Origin: Piedraia hortae CBS 480.64
Lineage: Eukaryota
NCBI GenBank assembly: GCA_010093745.1
Contig: MU005966.1
Span: 255,628 to 319,627, forward strand
DNA: 64,000 bases
Reading direction: 5' to 3'
Shown here in pieces: positions 54,414 through 64,000 of the stretch. The position numbers and the translations under genes are program-made. Each line of letters starts with the position of its first letter. Positions within the stretch are counted from its first letter, which is position 1. Below the pieces are notes generated by a model. It worked only from the letters and a program-made list of their open reading frames with translations, ran no database searches and was not told the origin of the DNA.

Positions 54414-56489
54414 TCATGTCGAAACAAGACACTCTTGCTCACCAAGAACGGCTGCCCGAACTTGTAATACGGCCACAAGCTCATATATAAACTCTCGTAA
54501 TACTATGATGTTGGTCAGGACGTGGTTCAAACTGGCCTTTTTGTAGGTCACTTCTACTTCTCGCATGAGCATATCAGTCGTCGGTGCAGTGTCGGGTGTG
54601 ACAAGTGAGGGTATGCTGTGGTTACCGAAGAGCATGCTTTCTCTTCCGATCAAGAGGTGGTGCAAATTTGGAACCTGTGTCGAAATTGTTTCGACCTCCT
54701 TTGTTAGAGATTCCAAAACACGGTATAGCGGAGGGGGCTCCCAGACTGGCTGACGCCAACTTGGCTCCAATGCTCGAAACGCCGCCTCCTCGTCAGGGTG
54801 GACATGGGTGCGCCACGTTGATGCAGCTGCGCTTCCTGCATTCGTATCTTCCGGAACTTCGTAGCCGCTTGGGCTCATGGCCAGCCATCCGTCTAGGCGC
54901 AACTCTACTGACGTGGCAAGCGTCACGACTGCTTGCGTCAGCGCTAGGTTGACGTCGACTCCGTTGGTGAGGAAGGTGCGAAGCTGACCGTAGAGTGTGC
55001 GCATGACCGAATCCTCTGGAAGGAACGAATAGACATTGGCCTCGTGGTCCGTCTGGTTAATCACGTCATGCACATCCTCCAATATGCTCGCAAAGCCAAC
55101 ACCCCACCCCTCTGATCGAGGTAGGACTTGGGCGAGTTGCATGTAGCGTTGCGTCTCCACTTCCAAAGCGCCACATGTCCTCCCACTTGGACCTGTTGGT
55201 CGTTGCACCTGGATCAACGTGCCCCAAACGGATGAACGTTGTTTGGCAATCATCGTGGAGAGTAGCCTCAAAGCCGCATACGTCGTCTGATCCTTTTCTG
55301 ACATGATGCTCTGCAGCATTAGATCTGCCAGGTTGAACAGGCTAGGCTCCATTATTTCGGCGTCAGGCCGGGCCAGAGCCCGATTCTGGTCAGCGCTTGG
55401 AAGGTTGAGCAGATATGTCAAGGTCATGCAGATCACATCTGGGTAATCAAGGCATTCAAACATGGCCCTTAGGTATGTCAGCACGGCGACAGAACTGCCG
55501 GCATCCGTGTCGCTAGACTGCAGCAACGATGGGTAGAGTAATTGGCGGACAAACAGGGCCTGGAAGTTGTCCACCAGACAGACTCGCACAGGCTGGCTCC
55601 GACATCGATCGAGCACATCTTGCCAAAATGCAAGATAGGAGAAAAAGGTAGCCATGTGTGCCCGATGCTGTGCAGAAAAGTATGACTCGGCGACCGGTTC
55701 CTGTGAGTTGTCATCCTGTGCATTGTCATAGTCGCTCAAGGCGAGAATTGCAGGCAACGTGGCATCAGGATGAAGGATGCAGAGCTCACGACCAAGCTGG
55801 CTGTAGAGTGCCCCGAGCCCTGAAGCCATTAGGGGCGGAAGATCGCTTGTAACCATCCATTTTGCCAGCTCATCCGAAGCTGTTGCCTCGAAAATGTAGA
55901 GCAAACCGGTGCGAGAAAAATCTCCGATGCGGCCTTCGCAATGGACCCGGTCTACAAGAAGATAAGCCAGGGGAAACTCGTCTCGCTGCGAGCTCTTTTC
56001 TTCGGACAGGGATCGAAACCACACAGGCAGGATCTCGGGCTGAAGCCGGATTTTGGCGGTGATGATGAATAGTAGTTCGTAGACGATAGCCGTAATGGTT
56101 GGCTCGGCTCGCTCCACAGCCAACCGAGAGAGGCGAATGAGGCTGGATGAGAAGTTTTCGTTGCCCAAGAATCCCTCTTCGTCGCAATCAGCCAATATGG
56201 CGAAGAGAGTAACTGACGAGCCAAGAAGACCAACATCAAAGCTTGCAGCTGCACACTCTACTATCTCATATATACGATGATGAGCTGCAAACTGGACACA
56301 AAGATGCGGTAAGAGAGCGCGTATGTCATGCCGAAGGATGACAATCAGCCGATCAAGGTGGGTTTTGAGGCGATTACGGGCACGAACTTGGCGATAATAG
56401 CGCTTAAAACGTTCCAGACGGACTCGAGGGTCTGCTGGAGAAGGGGACGGAAGAGGTCTCTGGGGTAACAACCTAGCTAGGAGGTCCAT
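54414..56489 (-). CDS. fhipA: FHF-complex subunit FHIP (FAM160/RAI16-like)
   Basis: KIRLQPEILPVWF, FPLAYLLVDRVHCEGRIGDFSRTGLLYI, LMASGLGALYSQL, LYPSLLQSSD, VNLALT and LTNIIVLREFIYELVAVLQVRA. Likely ATG at 56489. Confidence 0.88.
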   Translation of the reverse strand: MDLLARLLPQRPLPSPSPADPRVRLERFKRYYRQVRARNRLKTHLDRLIVILRHDIRALLPHLCVQFAAHHRIYEIVECAAASFDVGLLGSSVTLFAILADCDEEGFLGNENFSSSLIRLSRLAVERAEPTITAIVYELLFIITAKIRLQPEILPVWFRSLSEEKSSQRDEFPLAYLLVDRVHCEGRIGDFSRTGLLYIFEATASDELAKWMVTSDLPPLMASGLGALYSQLGRELCILHPDATLPAILALSDYDNAQDDNSQEPVAESYFSAQHRAHMATFFSYLAFWQDVLDRCRSQPVRVCLVDNFQALFVRQLLYPSLLQSSDTDAGSSVAVLTYLRAMFECLDYPDVICMTLTYLLNLPSADQNRALARPDAEIMEPSLFNLADLMLQSIMSEKDQTTYAALRLLSTMIAKQRSSVWGTLIQVQRPTGPSGRTCGALEVETQRYMQLAQVLPRSEGWGVGFASILEDVHDVINQTDHEANVYSFLPEDSVMRTLYGQLRTFLTNGVDVNLALTQAVVTLATSVELRLDGWLAMSPSGYEVPEDTNAGSAAASTWRTHVHPDEEAAFRALEPSWRQPVWEPPPLYRVLESLTKEVETISTQVPNLHHLLIGRESMLFGNHSIPSLVTPDTAPTTDMLMREVEVTYKKASLNHVLTNIIVLREFIYELVAVLQVRAAVLGEQECLVST

Positions 56490-56796
56490 GAATATAAGTA
56501 AAATCTGAAGCAGAAAGTGTCTTAGCCTCAGCTTCGTAGCTTTCAGTTGCATGAAGTGCGAGCCCTGCTGCAGATGCAAGGCCCTAGCGTCACCTGATGT
56601 CAGCCTTACGACTGCTCTTGGATCTGCTGCCCCCCCTTAGCCTTCTGCCTTATTGTGGAACACCAATTGCTTAAAGGTCGCTACTTGAAGACGCTACTCC
56701 GCACAGTAGCTAATGGACCTTGTTTACTTATGGTTGATTGGAAGTTTCTGTCTGGCCTGAGGCAACAACACGGCCTCAGGCACAGCCATTCCGACC

Positions 56797-58750
56797 ATGC
56801 CCTCCTACCCGCCGAACCCATCCAAAGATCAATTGGCGTCTCATACCAATGTACATGCTCTAACCAAACCCCCCCCGAACTCTCAACAGAAAGAACCAAG
56901 AAATTTGCCCACCAGAGATGCCTCTACCAAGCCCTTGGACCCCCCAGCTACGAAATCCATCACTCATGTGCAGCTGACGAATGAGATTGCCAAGATATTC
57001 AACGGGCTGGAGGCCATCGAAAAGAAGTGCATCGAAGTAGATGGCCAGATATCCCAGTTTGAAGCGATTTCTCTCGAGAAGTGGCAAGAAATGTTTGCCC
57101 TCCACAGAAGTCTGTTGAATCTCCATCATGACTTCCTCATGGCTACTTACCATCCCACTGGCACTCCAGAAATTAAAAAACTCGTTGTCGAGCGCGACAT
57201 GCCTGCACGGCTATGGAGGCACGGCATCCACACTCCTTTGGAGCTTTTGCGTGTGCGAAGGCCAGCAACCCAAGAGCACATGATTACTTACATCAGTCTA
57301 GCCTATGGCATCATGACTTTGCTTTGTGAGACTCGTGACGAGTTCTTGGACATTTGGATCGAGTGTCTTGGCGATTTGTCTCGCTACCGCATGGCAATCG
57401 AGACCGAGGCGGAAACCCAAGCCATGTGGACCAACATTGCGCGCTACTGGTACGAAAAAGCTGCCTATCACCAGCCCCAAGTCGGCCGTCTATGTCATCA
57501 TCTTGGTATACTGGAACGCGTCAGTCTGCGCAAGTTTGCCTGGTACGGTCGCAGCCTCATCTCTGTTAAACCATTTGCCAGCTCTCGTGAGTCGATGAAG
57601 AACCTTTGTATTTCTGTTTCTGCTCACGTCCAGCGATCCGAGGTGACTTCGCAAATGGCTGAGCCCTCTCTCTGCCACATGCAAGCTCTTCTTTTTTTGC
57701 AAAAGTCTGACGACGAGTATCAGCAAGCTTTTGGAAAACTGTCTTCGCTCTTGATACCTGAGCCTGGGAAAGCAAGTACTTTGCGCTGGAATGATTGTGG
57801 TATGGCGCTAGCAATCACCAACATCTGCACTTTACTGGACTTTGGCTCGCTTGACAATCCTTTTATGCAAATATATAATGGGTATCCTTGCTCTCCCAGG
57901 TCCGAAGGTCGCCGATCCGCACAAGCTGTTTTCTGCACTTCTTTTGAGGCAGCGCTGATGAAGACGAACGGAGAACGTTTCAGAGCAACTCTGTCATACT
58001 TGCACACCACGCTTTCTTTTATTCACTCTGGAATTGTCGCCACAAAGTCTTTGGATTACAAGCACTCCCTTCCCCTCCAATTCGAAGCCCTTTGTTGGGG
58101 TAAACTAGCCGAATATCTCAATGAACTGAAGAAACAGGAGCCTGAATTTTTGAATCTGAAGAATCGAGTGTGCAACAAAGAGTTTTTTCCTCCAGACAAC
58201 ACCACAGGTGCCCTACCAGATGACGTCGAGATTCGCGGCCTCATCTGGGCTACCAAAATCTATCCTTCTGACTTTTTCCCTGAGAAGGAAGAGGAATATT
58301 TGACAAAATTGTCAGAAGACAAATATCTACCAAAACGACGACAGCGCGTTCTCCATTGGGGCTTATGTCTAGTCAGAGTGAGTAGTAACCCGAAAAGTGG
58401 AAAAATGCAATTGACAAAGGCGTTAGGACACGGGGTTTTTGACCTATGATGGGGAAATGTTTGGTACTCTCTCTGGCTGCCAGAGCATGGTTCTCACTCC
58501 ATCCATATCTAAGGATACGGACGTAGAAATGACCGATGCGCCTCCCGCGGAAAACCGCGACTCGCATTTATTCTTCCGACAACGTCAAAATACATTTGGT
58601 CAGGGTCAACGTCGTCAGATGGAACCTGCAGCGCGTTTAGAAGAATCTACGCCTCGACTTCAGCCACAACCTTTCTCACCTAAGTCCCGACCTCGAAAGC
58701 CAGCGCCGCAAGAACCTTCGGTCTTGGTTCTCGATGATAGCACGTGGTGA
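56797..58750 (+). CDS. Est1/Ebs1/SMG5-7-like TPR protein; intron 58378-58426
   Basis: HRSLLNLHHDFLMAT.HP, MPARLWRHGIH..LELLR, WIECLGDLSRYRMAIE, GRLCHHLGIL and LPDDVEIRGLIW. Confidence 0.85.
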
Positions 58751-59408
58751 TCATGTTCGACGAATGGCTTTTATATCTAATTTTTTGCAAGTAGTTTTCA
58801 AGTTAGCTTAGAGAAGATATATCATTCCGTCAGAACTCAGGGCCTACATCATGTGGAAGGGCCCGGTCCGTCCACGCCCCGAGTCTAGTGGCCCCACTCT
58901 GCGGGCACATACTCAGGCGGCACTGACTTTTCTCTTCTCTTCTTCATGCGTTGTTTTCTGTCTACATAGGGTCTACGCAGTCCTCTCGTCCATAGCCCAT
59001 TGCTCTGGGCCTGTCACCCTTGGCTCTCATCGATCCCTCGACCCCGACCCCTCGTCCTTAGCCTCGTGTCGTGACACGTTCTGACTAATTTATTGAATCC
59101 TCACCGGAAGTTGACTTAACGATACCCAAGAGCTCAGTGATTGTTTGAGCTTGGTTATTTTTGCCATCTGAATGTGTGTCATCTAGCTGTACAGCCAAAC
59201 CTTTCCACGACTCGTCAACATCCCTTTGGTCGTTGACAGCAAAAACGGCCTAAAAAAATAAGGTGCGGCCCGTACCCTGTTTCCCCAGCTGCGGGGAAAC
59301 AACGCGTGGTGACCCTGCATAACACCATTCCAAAGGCGGACTGAACCCGCCGATCCTCGAACAACACGCACATTGTACACCTCCAACTCGCCCGTCGCAT
59401 CCGTCAAC

Positions 59409-60696
59409 ATGGGCACATCCATAAACCTTTCCCAAGTGGGCAACAAACTCAGCCCGGATGACGCGCGATGGCACCAAGAGAACGTCGCGGACCTCCTAAA
59501 CCGGCGCAAATTAGGCTTCCCAGGCGCGCAACCCGTCTCCTTCGCGGGCCGCCATCTCGAAGAACTCGAACGGGTTGACTACTTCCTCTGCGAGAAAACG
59601 GACGGGATAAGGTGTCTTTTATACCAAACCTCATTCCGCAACGAAGAGAACAAAGATATCGAGATCCAGTTCCTTATCGATCGGAAGAATGAATATTACT
59701 GCATCCCTATGGGAAGACTGCATCTCCCCGCACCATCGAGCAGACCGCCGGGGTTTGATGTTCATAGCTTCTGGCAGCGGACGCTCATGGATGGGGAACT
59801 CGTCGTGCAGACGAGACCCGGCGGTGAGCGTAAGCTCGTCTATTTCATCTTCGACCTGCTTGCCGTGAATGGGGAGAATATTATGGGGAAGCCACTTTCG
59901 AAACGCTACGCTCGCGCGCAGCAGTTGTACTCGACGTATAAACGCTACGCGGAGCATCCCGATTATCGTCAGGATGTGCGCGACTGGCAGCCGTTTGAGC
60001 TACAATTGAAAAAAATGGAGACGCCGTATGCGGCGGAGATGATGTTCAGGGATAAAATTCCCAACCTGCAGCATGGGAATGATGGGCTCATTTTTACGTG
60101 TGTTGTGACTCCGTATGTGTCGGGGACGGATCAGCATATTCTAAAGTGGAAGCCGCCGCATGAGAATACGATCGATTTCAGACTCGTGATTGCTCAGTTT
60201 CCGATGGAGGTGGATGAGGATGGGGAGGAATATGAGGACTGGGATCGTTTGCCGAGTGTGCATCTTTATGTTAACCATGGGGGGAGGTACGAGCATTATG
60301 CGAACTTGGCGATTACGGAAACGGAGTGGGAGGCTATCAAGGGGATGAATCAGATGATTGATGGAAGGGTTATCGAATGCTACCGCGATGCTGAGACGGG
60401 GGAGTGGAGGCCTAAATTGGAGGCAGATGGTGGGCTTATTACATTATCTGTGGGTGGATGGCTAATGGAAAGCAGGAACACCACGCTTCCGCGACGACAA
60501 GACGGATGCAAACCACATTTCTGTTGTCGAGAGCGTCCTGGAGAGCATCCATGACGCTGTAACGGCACAGGATCTTATTAATGCTGCAGGTCGCATTAAA
60601 GCTGCGTACAAAGTGCGTCAAAAGAATGAACTGGCTGCTCAGAAGCATGAGCAGCAGAAACTTGAGCAGCAGAAGATCGAACAGACTGTACGGTGA
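59409..60696 (+). CDS. CEG1: mRNA capping enzyme alpha subunit (guanylyltransferase); intron 60430-60475
   Basis: FPGAQPVSF, motif I EKTDGIR, LMDGELV, HGNDGLIFT, ILKWKP and, after splicing, PRFRDDKTDANH (motif VI). Confidence 0.95.
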
Positions 60697-60761
60697 CGAT
60701 ACGCTTGTTAATTGTAGAGCGTTGAGCGTTTTGTATTTGATACACAATCTATATTATACAG

Positions 60762-61607
60762 CTAGACATCCAGCACCCGTTCAATGGCGGCATCATCTGG
60801 CCGTCTCCATTCCACCTGGCCGAGCATTATCTGTTCCTCGGGCATGGCCTGCAAATCTGACAGAACACAGCGCAACCAGGCGGTGATGAGGGCGAGTTGG
60901 TAGATATCGGCATTTGTATCCGGTGCATCGCCCACGCTGAACAGACCACGCCAAACAGCCGCCGCCAGGACAGCGTCGTCCTTTATGAGGCCCTCCTCCA
61001 GCGACACCATCCGCGCTCGCCACTGCTGCCACATTTCCTTGAGATATTTGTTCCTCACCGACCGCGACGTCAAGTTATGCTCAACCTCCATTCGCTCCTC
61101 GGCCGACCAAAAGTATCGATCAATCAGTTGTTGATGCCATGTATTCGCCATATCCTTCCCACCACTAAACGCCCTCACCCGCACCGCCAGCGCCCACAAA
61201 TACAGCATCATGACCTGACTCCACGCATTAAACGTAACCTCCAGTCCGAGTCCCCCCTTCTCCCTCGTCTCAAACCACCATCCCTCTCCCACACCAACAT
61301 CCTCCCCCGCGGCATTCTTCGGCGGCGCCTCCGGCGGCGACTGATGTCTTGCCGGGATATGGTAATTGCAATGTTTCAAAATACTCGAAAACAGCTGTTC
61401 GCTCCCTGAATATGCCATATACGGCTCACTCATCTTCTGCACCGTCGGCGATGCCGCGATCCTCTGCGCCAGTCCACCCCTCGGTGACGAAACAGCCGGG
61501 GGCGGCCTCCGTTGAATAACCCTCGGAGCCTTTGTCGCCGAGCTCGCAAACCTTCCATTGCTCAATCCACCTGCACAACGCAGAGCCCGCAGACAAATCG
61601 GCGTCAT
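60762..61607 (-). CDS. CBP3: Ubiquinol-cytochrome c reductase assembly chaperone Cbp3
   Basis: TFNAWSQVMMLYLW..VRVR, WHQQLID.YF..AEERM, RNKYLKEMWQQWR and EEGLIKDDAVLAAAVWR. Confidence 0.9.
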   Translation of the reverse strand: MTPICLRALRCAGGLSNGRFASSATKAPRVIQRRPPPAVSSPRGGLAQRIAASPTVQKMSEPYMAYSGSEQLFSSILKHCNYHIPARHQSPPEAPPKNAAGEDVGVGEGWWFETREKGGLGLEVTFNAWSQVMMLYLWALAVRVRAFSGGKDMANTWHQQLIDRYFWSAEERMEVEHNLTSRSVRNKYLKEMWQQWRARMVSLEEGLIKDDAVLAAAVWRGLFSVGDAPDTNADIYQLALITAWLRCVLSDLQAMPEEQIMLGQVEWRRPDDAAIERVLDV

Positions 61608-61755
61608 GCCTGCTCAATTCCGCCTCGACTGAGGTGGTAGTGGCCGCTGACTAATCGTACGTAATAACTCACGTACCGGACGAAACGGAACCCCCCACAT
61701 TTTCCGACGCGAAGCGACTCTTTTGACGCGCCGCGCATTCAGTCAACCGCTGCTC

Positions 61756-64000
61756 ATGGCGGAGGAACCGGCAGGTTTGCGCTTCAACCAAGAAATCACC
61801 TGGCGGTCTGGAAAACCGATCCCGATCGCTGAACTGCTCCGTCGTTTGCAGGCTCTCTACGCAGAACTCCAGGCGATTGATCAGGAGGAGGTCGATCGCG
61901 ATGCGCTCCTCCCTACAGCCATGCGGCTCGGCAACGAGCAGCTTCTCGCGCATAAGGACAAGGGGGTCAGAACCTGGGTGCTGCGCTGCGTGGTTGAGAT
62001 GTTGAGATTGCTTGCGCCCACGGCACCGTACAAGGCGAAGCATTTGAAGATGATTTTCGAGCATTTTGTGAACAGCGTGGTGCCCGCGCTGGCGAGACCG
62101 TCGGATCCGTATTCCCAGCTGAATTTCGCGATTGTTGCTTCCATGGCGGATATCACGGGCGTAGTGCTCATGGCGGATGTGCCGGGAATGGAGGCGTTGG
62201 TTCTGGCGTTTTTTGTGAACTGTTTTGATGTTTTGTCCGGTGCGATCAAGGATGGGGAGGCGGTGCCACTGCCGGGGAGTACGGAGAACCATATCACGAA
62301 GATGTTGTGCTGTCTCTTGGATGAGTTGCCGGCTATTCCGCAGGATGTGGTTGCGGTTGTTGTGGCGCAGTTTTTGAGGGTTGATCCGATAATTGCGGGA
62401 CCTCCGGCCGATGGAGTGCCGGTGCAGGTCGCTCCGGCGTATCATGTCGCCCAGGCGTTGTGCAATTATTGCGCGCCCAAGATGAGCCGTGCGGTGGGGA
62501 AGTATTTCAGCACGGTGCTCATCGATGCGACGGAGTTGGTTTCGACAAAGGTTGTGAAGCGGGGCAAGAAGAGGGCTCGTGTTGAGGTCGAGAATGATGG
62601 GGATGACGGTCTCGTTGCTGCTCCCGCGCAGGAGGATCTCAACGAGGTGGAAAAGGCTCATCTTTTGCTGCGGGAGCTGTGGATCGCTGCGCCGGATGTT
62701 ACGCCGAATGTGATTCCGCAGGTAGAGACGGAATCCAGCGCTGAGAACCCGCATTTCAGGAAGATGGCTGTTGAGACGATTGGTGATATGGTGGCTGGAA
62801 TCGGAGCTGCCGGTTCTTCGCCTCCTGCTGTCCTCGATCCAACTGCTTTGAGTCCTGAGAAGCCAGCGAAGAGGTTCGGTCCAACCGTTCCACATGCGTT
62901 TTCTTCTATGCATCCCTCGGCTTACCAAGGGTTCTTTGACCGGAGAAGAGACAAGGCGGCAATGGTGCGCTGCGTGTGGGCGATTGCGGCTGGGTATATA
63001 ATCACAACTTCCGGCGGTGGAAAGGGTCTAGATGCTGACCAAGAAGCCCAATTTCTGCGGGCTTTATCCGATTTGCTCGTAGACCAGGACGAAAAGGTGC
63101 GGCTGGCGGCTGTCCAAGCCATTGGGACTTTTGGTTTCGCTACCATAGTGCAAAAGGTCGGCGGGAACGGGGGCTTTGATGAACCAGGCTCTATTCTCTA
63201 CAATCTGGCTGATCGCACAAAGGACAGGAAGCCCCTGGTACGCACCGCTGCCACGGAGCTGCTGGCCCGTATATGGGGCGTTGCATCCGGGCCCATTGCC
63301 GGCGGAGACGAACAAGTGCGTGAAGTCTTGGGTCCCATACCGACCAAGATCTTAATGGCCGTTTATGTCAACGATCGGGAGATTAATGCCCTGGTACAGA
63401 AAGTCCTGTTTGGCTCGCTGCTGCCTCTGGAATTCCCGCACAAGGATTCCAAGCCTAATCCGGATGTGATCAGAGCGCAAAGAATACTCATCCTGGTGCG
63501 AGACCTCCAGCCGAAGGCAAAGGATGTCTTTTTCAAATTGCAGCAGCAACAGGGAGTGCGTGCAAAGTACGTGGAAGCCTATATCAAGGCTTGTGAAAAG
63601 CTCCACGGGGATGACAATGATCAAGATCTGCAGAAGCCGCTGGATAAACTGGTGCAGGCTCTTGCTGCCATGACGGCAGATCCAGCAACGGCGGCTAAAC
63701 AGCTTCATCAGTTTGGCGAGCACAATGATCCTCGGTTCTGGCACCTCATACGTATATGTTACAGCCCAGAAAGCGACTACATGAGGATTGTGAAAGCTAT
63801 AAAGGAGTTACACAGGAAGATGGAAGGGTCGACTGTCTTGAAGCCGCTGATTCCCACCGTCATGCCCCTGGTGCGGTCCGCCTCCACTCTCGTTTTCAAC
63901 CACAGCCATGTGCCGGCAATAGTAGAATTTGCAAGAACAGACGACAAGGGCCTGGGGTCTGCTGCCCAACAACTCCTCGCAGAAACCTCCACCAATGCTC
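61756..64000 (+). CDS. PDS5: Cohesin-associated Pds5/BimD/Spo76, 5' part; runs off the window, so absent from the ORF track
   Basis: Manual translation: MAEEPAGLRFNQEITWRSGKPIPIAELLRRLQALYAEL...LLAHKDKGVR...MLRLLAPTAPY..., later KAHLLLRELW..APDV..NVIPQ and RTKDRKPLVR (HEAT repeats). ACGCG (MCB-like) sites upstream. Confidence 0.93.
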   Translation, partial: MAEEPAGLRFNQEITWRSGKPIPIAELLRRLQALYAELQAIDQEEVDRDALLPTAMRLGNEQLLAHKDKGVRTWVLRCVVEMLRLLAPTAPYKAKHLKMIFEHFVNSVVPALARPSDPYSQLNFAIVASMADITGVVLMADVPGMEALVLAFFVNCFDVLSGAIKDGEAVPLPGSTENHITKMLCCLLDELPAIPQDVVAVVVAQFLRVDPIIAGPPADGVPVQVAPAYHVAQALCNYCAPKMSRAVGKYFSTVLIDATELVSTKVVKRGKKRARVEVENDGDDGLVAAPAQEDLNEVEKAHLLLRELWIAAPDVTPNVIPQVETESSAENPHFRKMAVETIGDMVAGIGAAGSSPPAVLDPTALSPEKPAKRFGPTVPHAFSSMHPSAYQGFFDRRRDKAAMVRCVWAIAAGYIITTSGGGKGLDADQEAQFLRALSDLLVDQDEKVRLAAVQAIGTFGFATIVQKVGGNGGFDEPGSILYNLADRTKDRKPLVRTAATELLARIWGVASGPIAGGDEQVREVLGPIPTKILMAVYVNDREINALVQKVLFGSLLPLEFPHKDSKPNPDVIRAQRILILVRDLQPKAKDVFFKLQQQQGVRAKYVEAYIKACEKLHGDDNDQDLQKPLDKLVQALAAMTADPATAAKQLHQFGEHNDPRFWHLIRICYSPESDYMRIVKAIKELHRKMEGSTVLKPLIPTVMPLVRSASTLVFNHSHVPAIVEFARTDDKGLGSAAQQLLAETSTNA

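Noticed and set aside
61669..62928. 419-aa minus-strand ORF
   Set aside because: Antisense shadow of PDS5, whose plus-strand frame has no stop inside the window and so was not listed.

Overview
Eukaryotic fungal DNA. Gene content and style suggest a compact, intron-poor Pezizomycotina genome, probably a Dothideomycete (inference). About 24 protein-coding genes are present, mostly housekeeping: PSY2 (partial), ETF-alpha, a CBM48 protein, ILV3, a retropepsin-like protein, UBP12, three MFS transporters, cys2/cysA, MRPL17, two RING proteins, NIP7/NOC3, SDS22, CCT8, IEC3, FHIP, an EST1/SMG-like gene, CEG1, CBP3 and PDS5 (partial). Accessory patches (about 1-5.5 kb, 18-27 kb, 29.3-30.8 kb, 38.3-39.7 kb, 52.9-54.4 kb) hold decayed mobile DNA: MULE, SWIM-MULE, an integrase-core/IS3EU-like transposase, a probable chromovirus fragment, a Tc1/mariner-like TIR element and three copies of one solo LTR. 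Notable observations: (1) two inverted solo LTRs have swapped target-site duplications, recording an LTR-mediated inversion of the 392 bp between them; (2) two identical U4 snRNA genes carry a variant Sm site and a variant U4/U6 stem II, share a promoter architecture, and each sits at the edge of a TE-debris patch; (3) introns are very short and often have GC or otherwise non-consensus donors; (4) a retropepsin-fold protein with Cys in place of the catalytic Asp lies next to UBP12. All calls come from reading the sequence and recalled family motifs; no database searches were run. I found no convincing complete novel multi-gene system.
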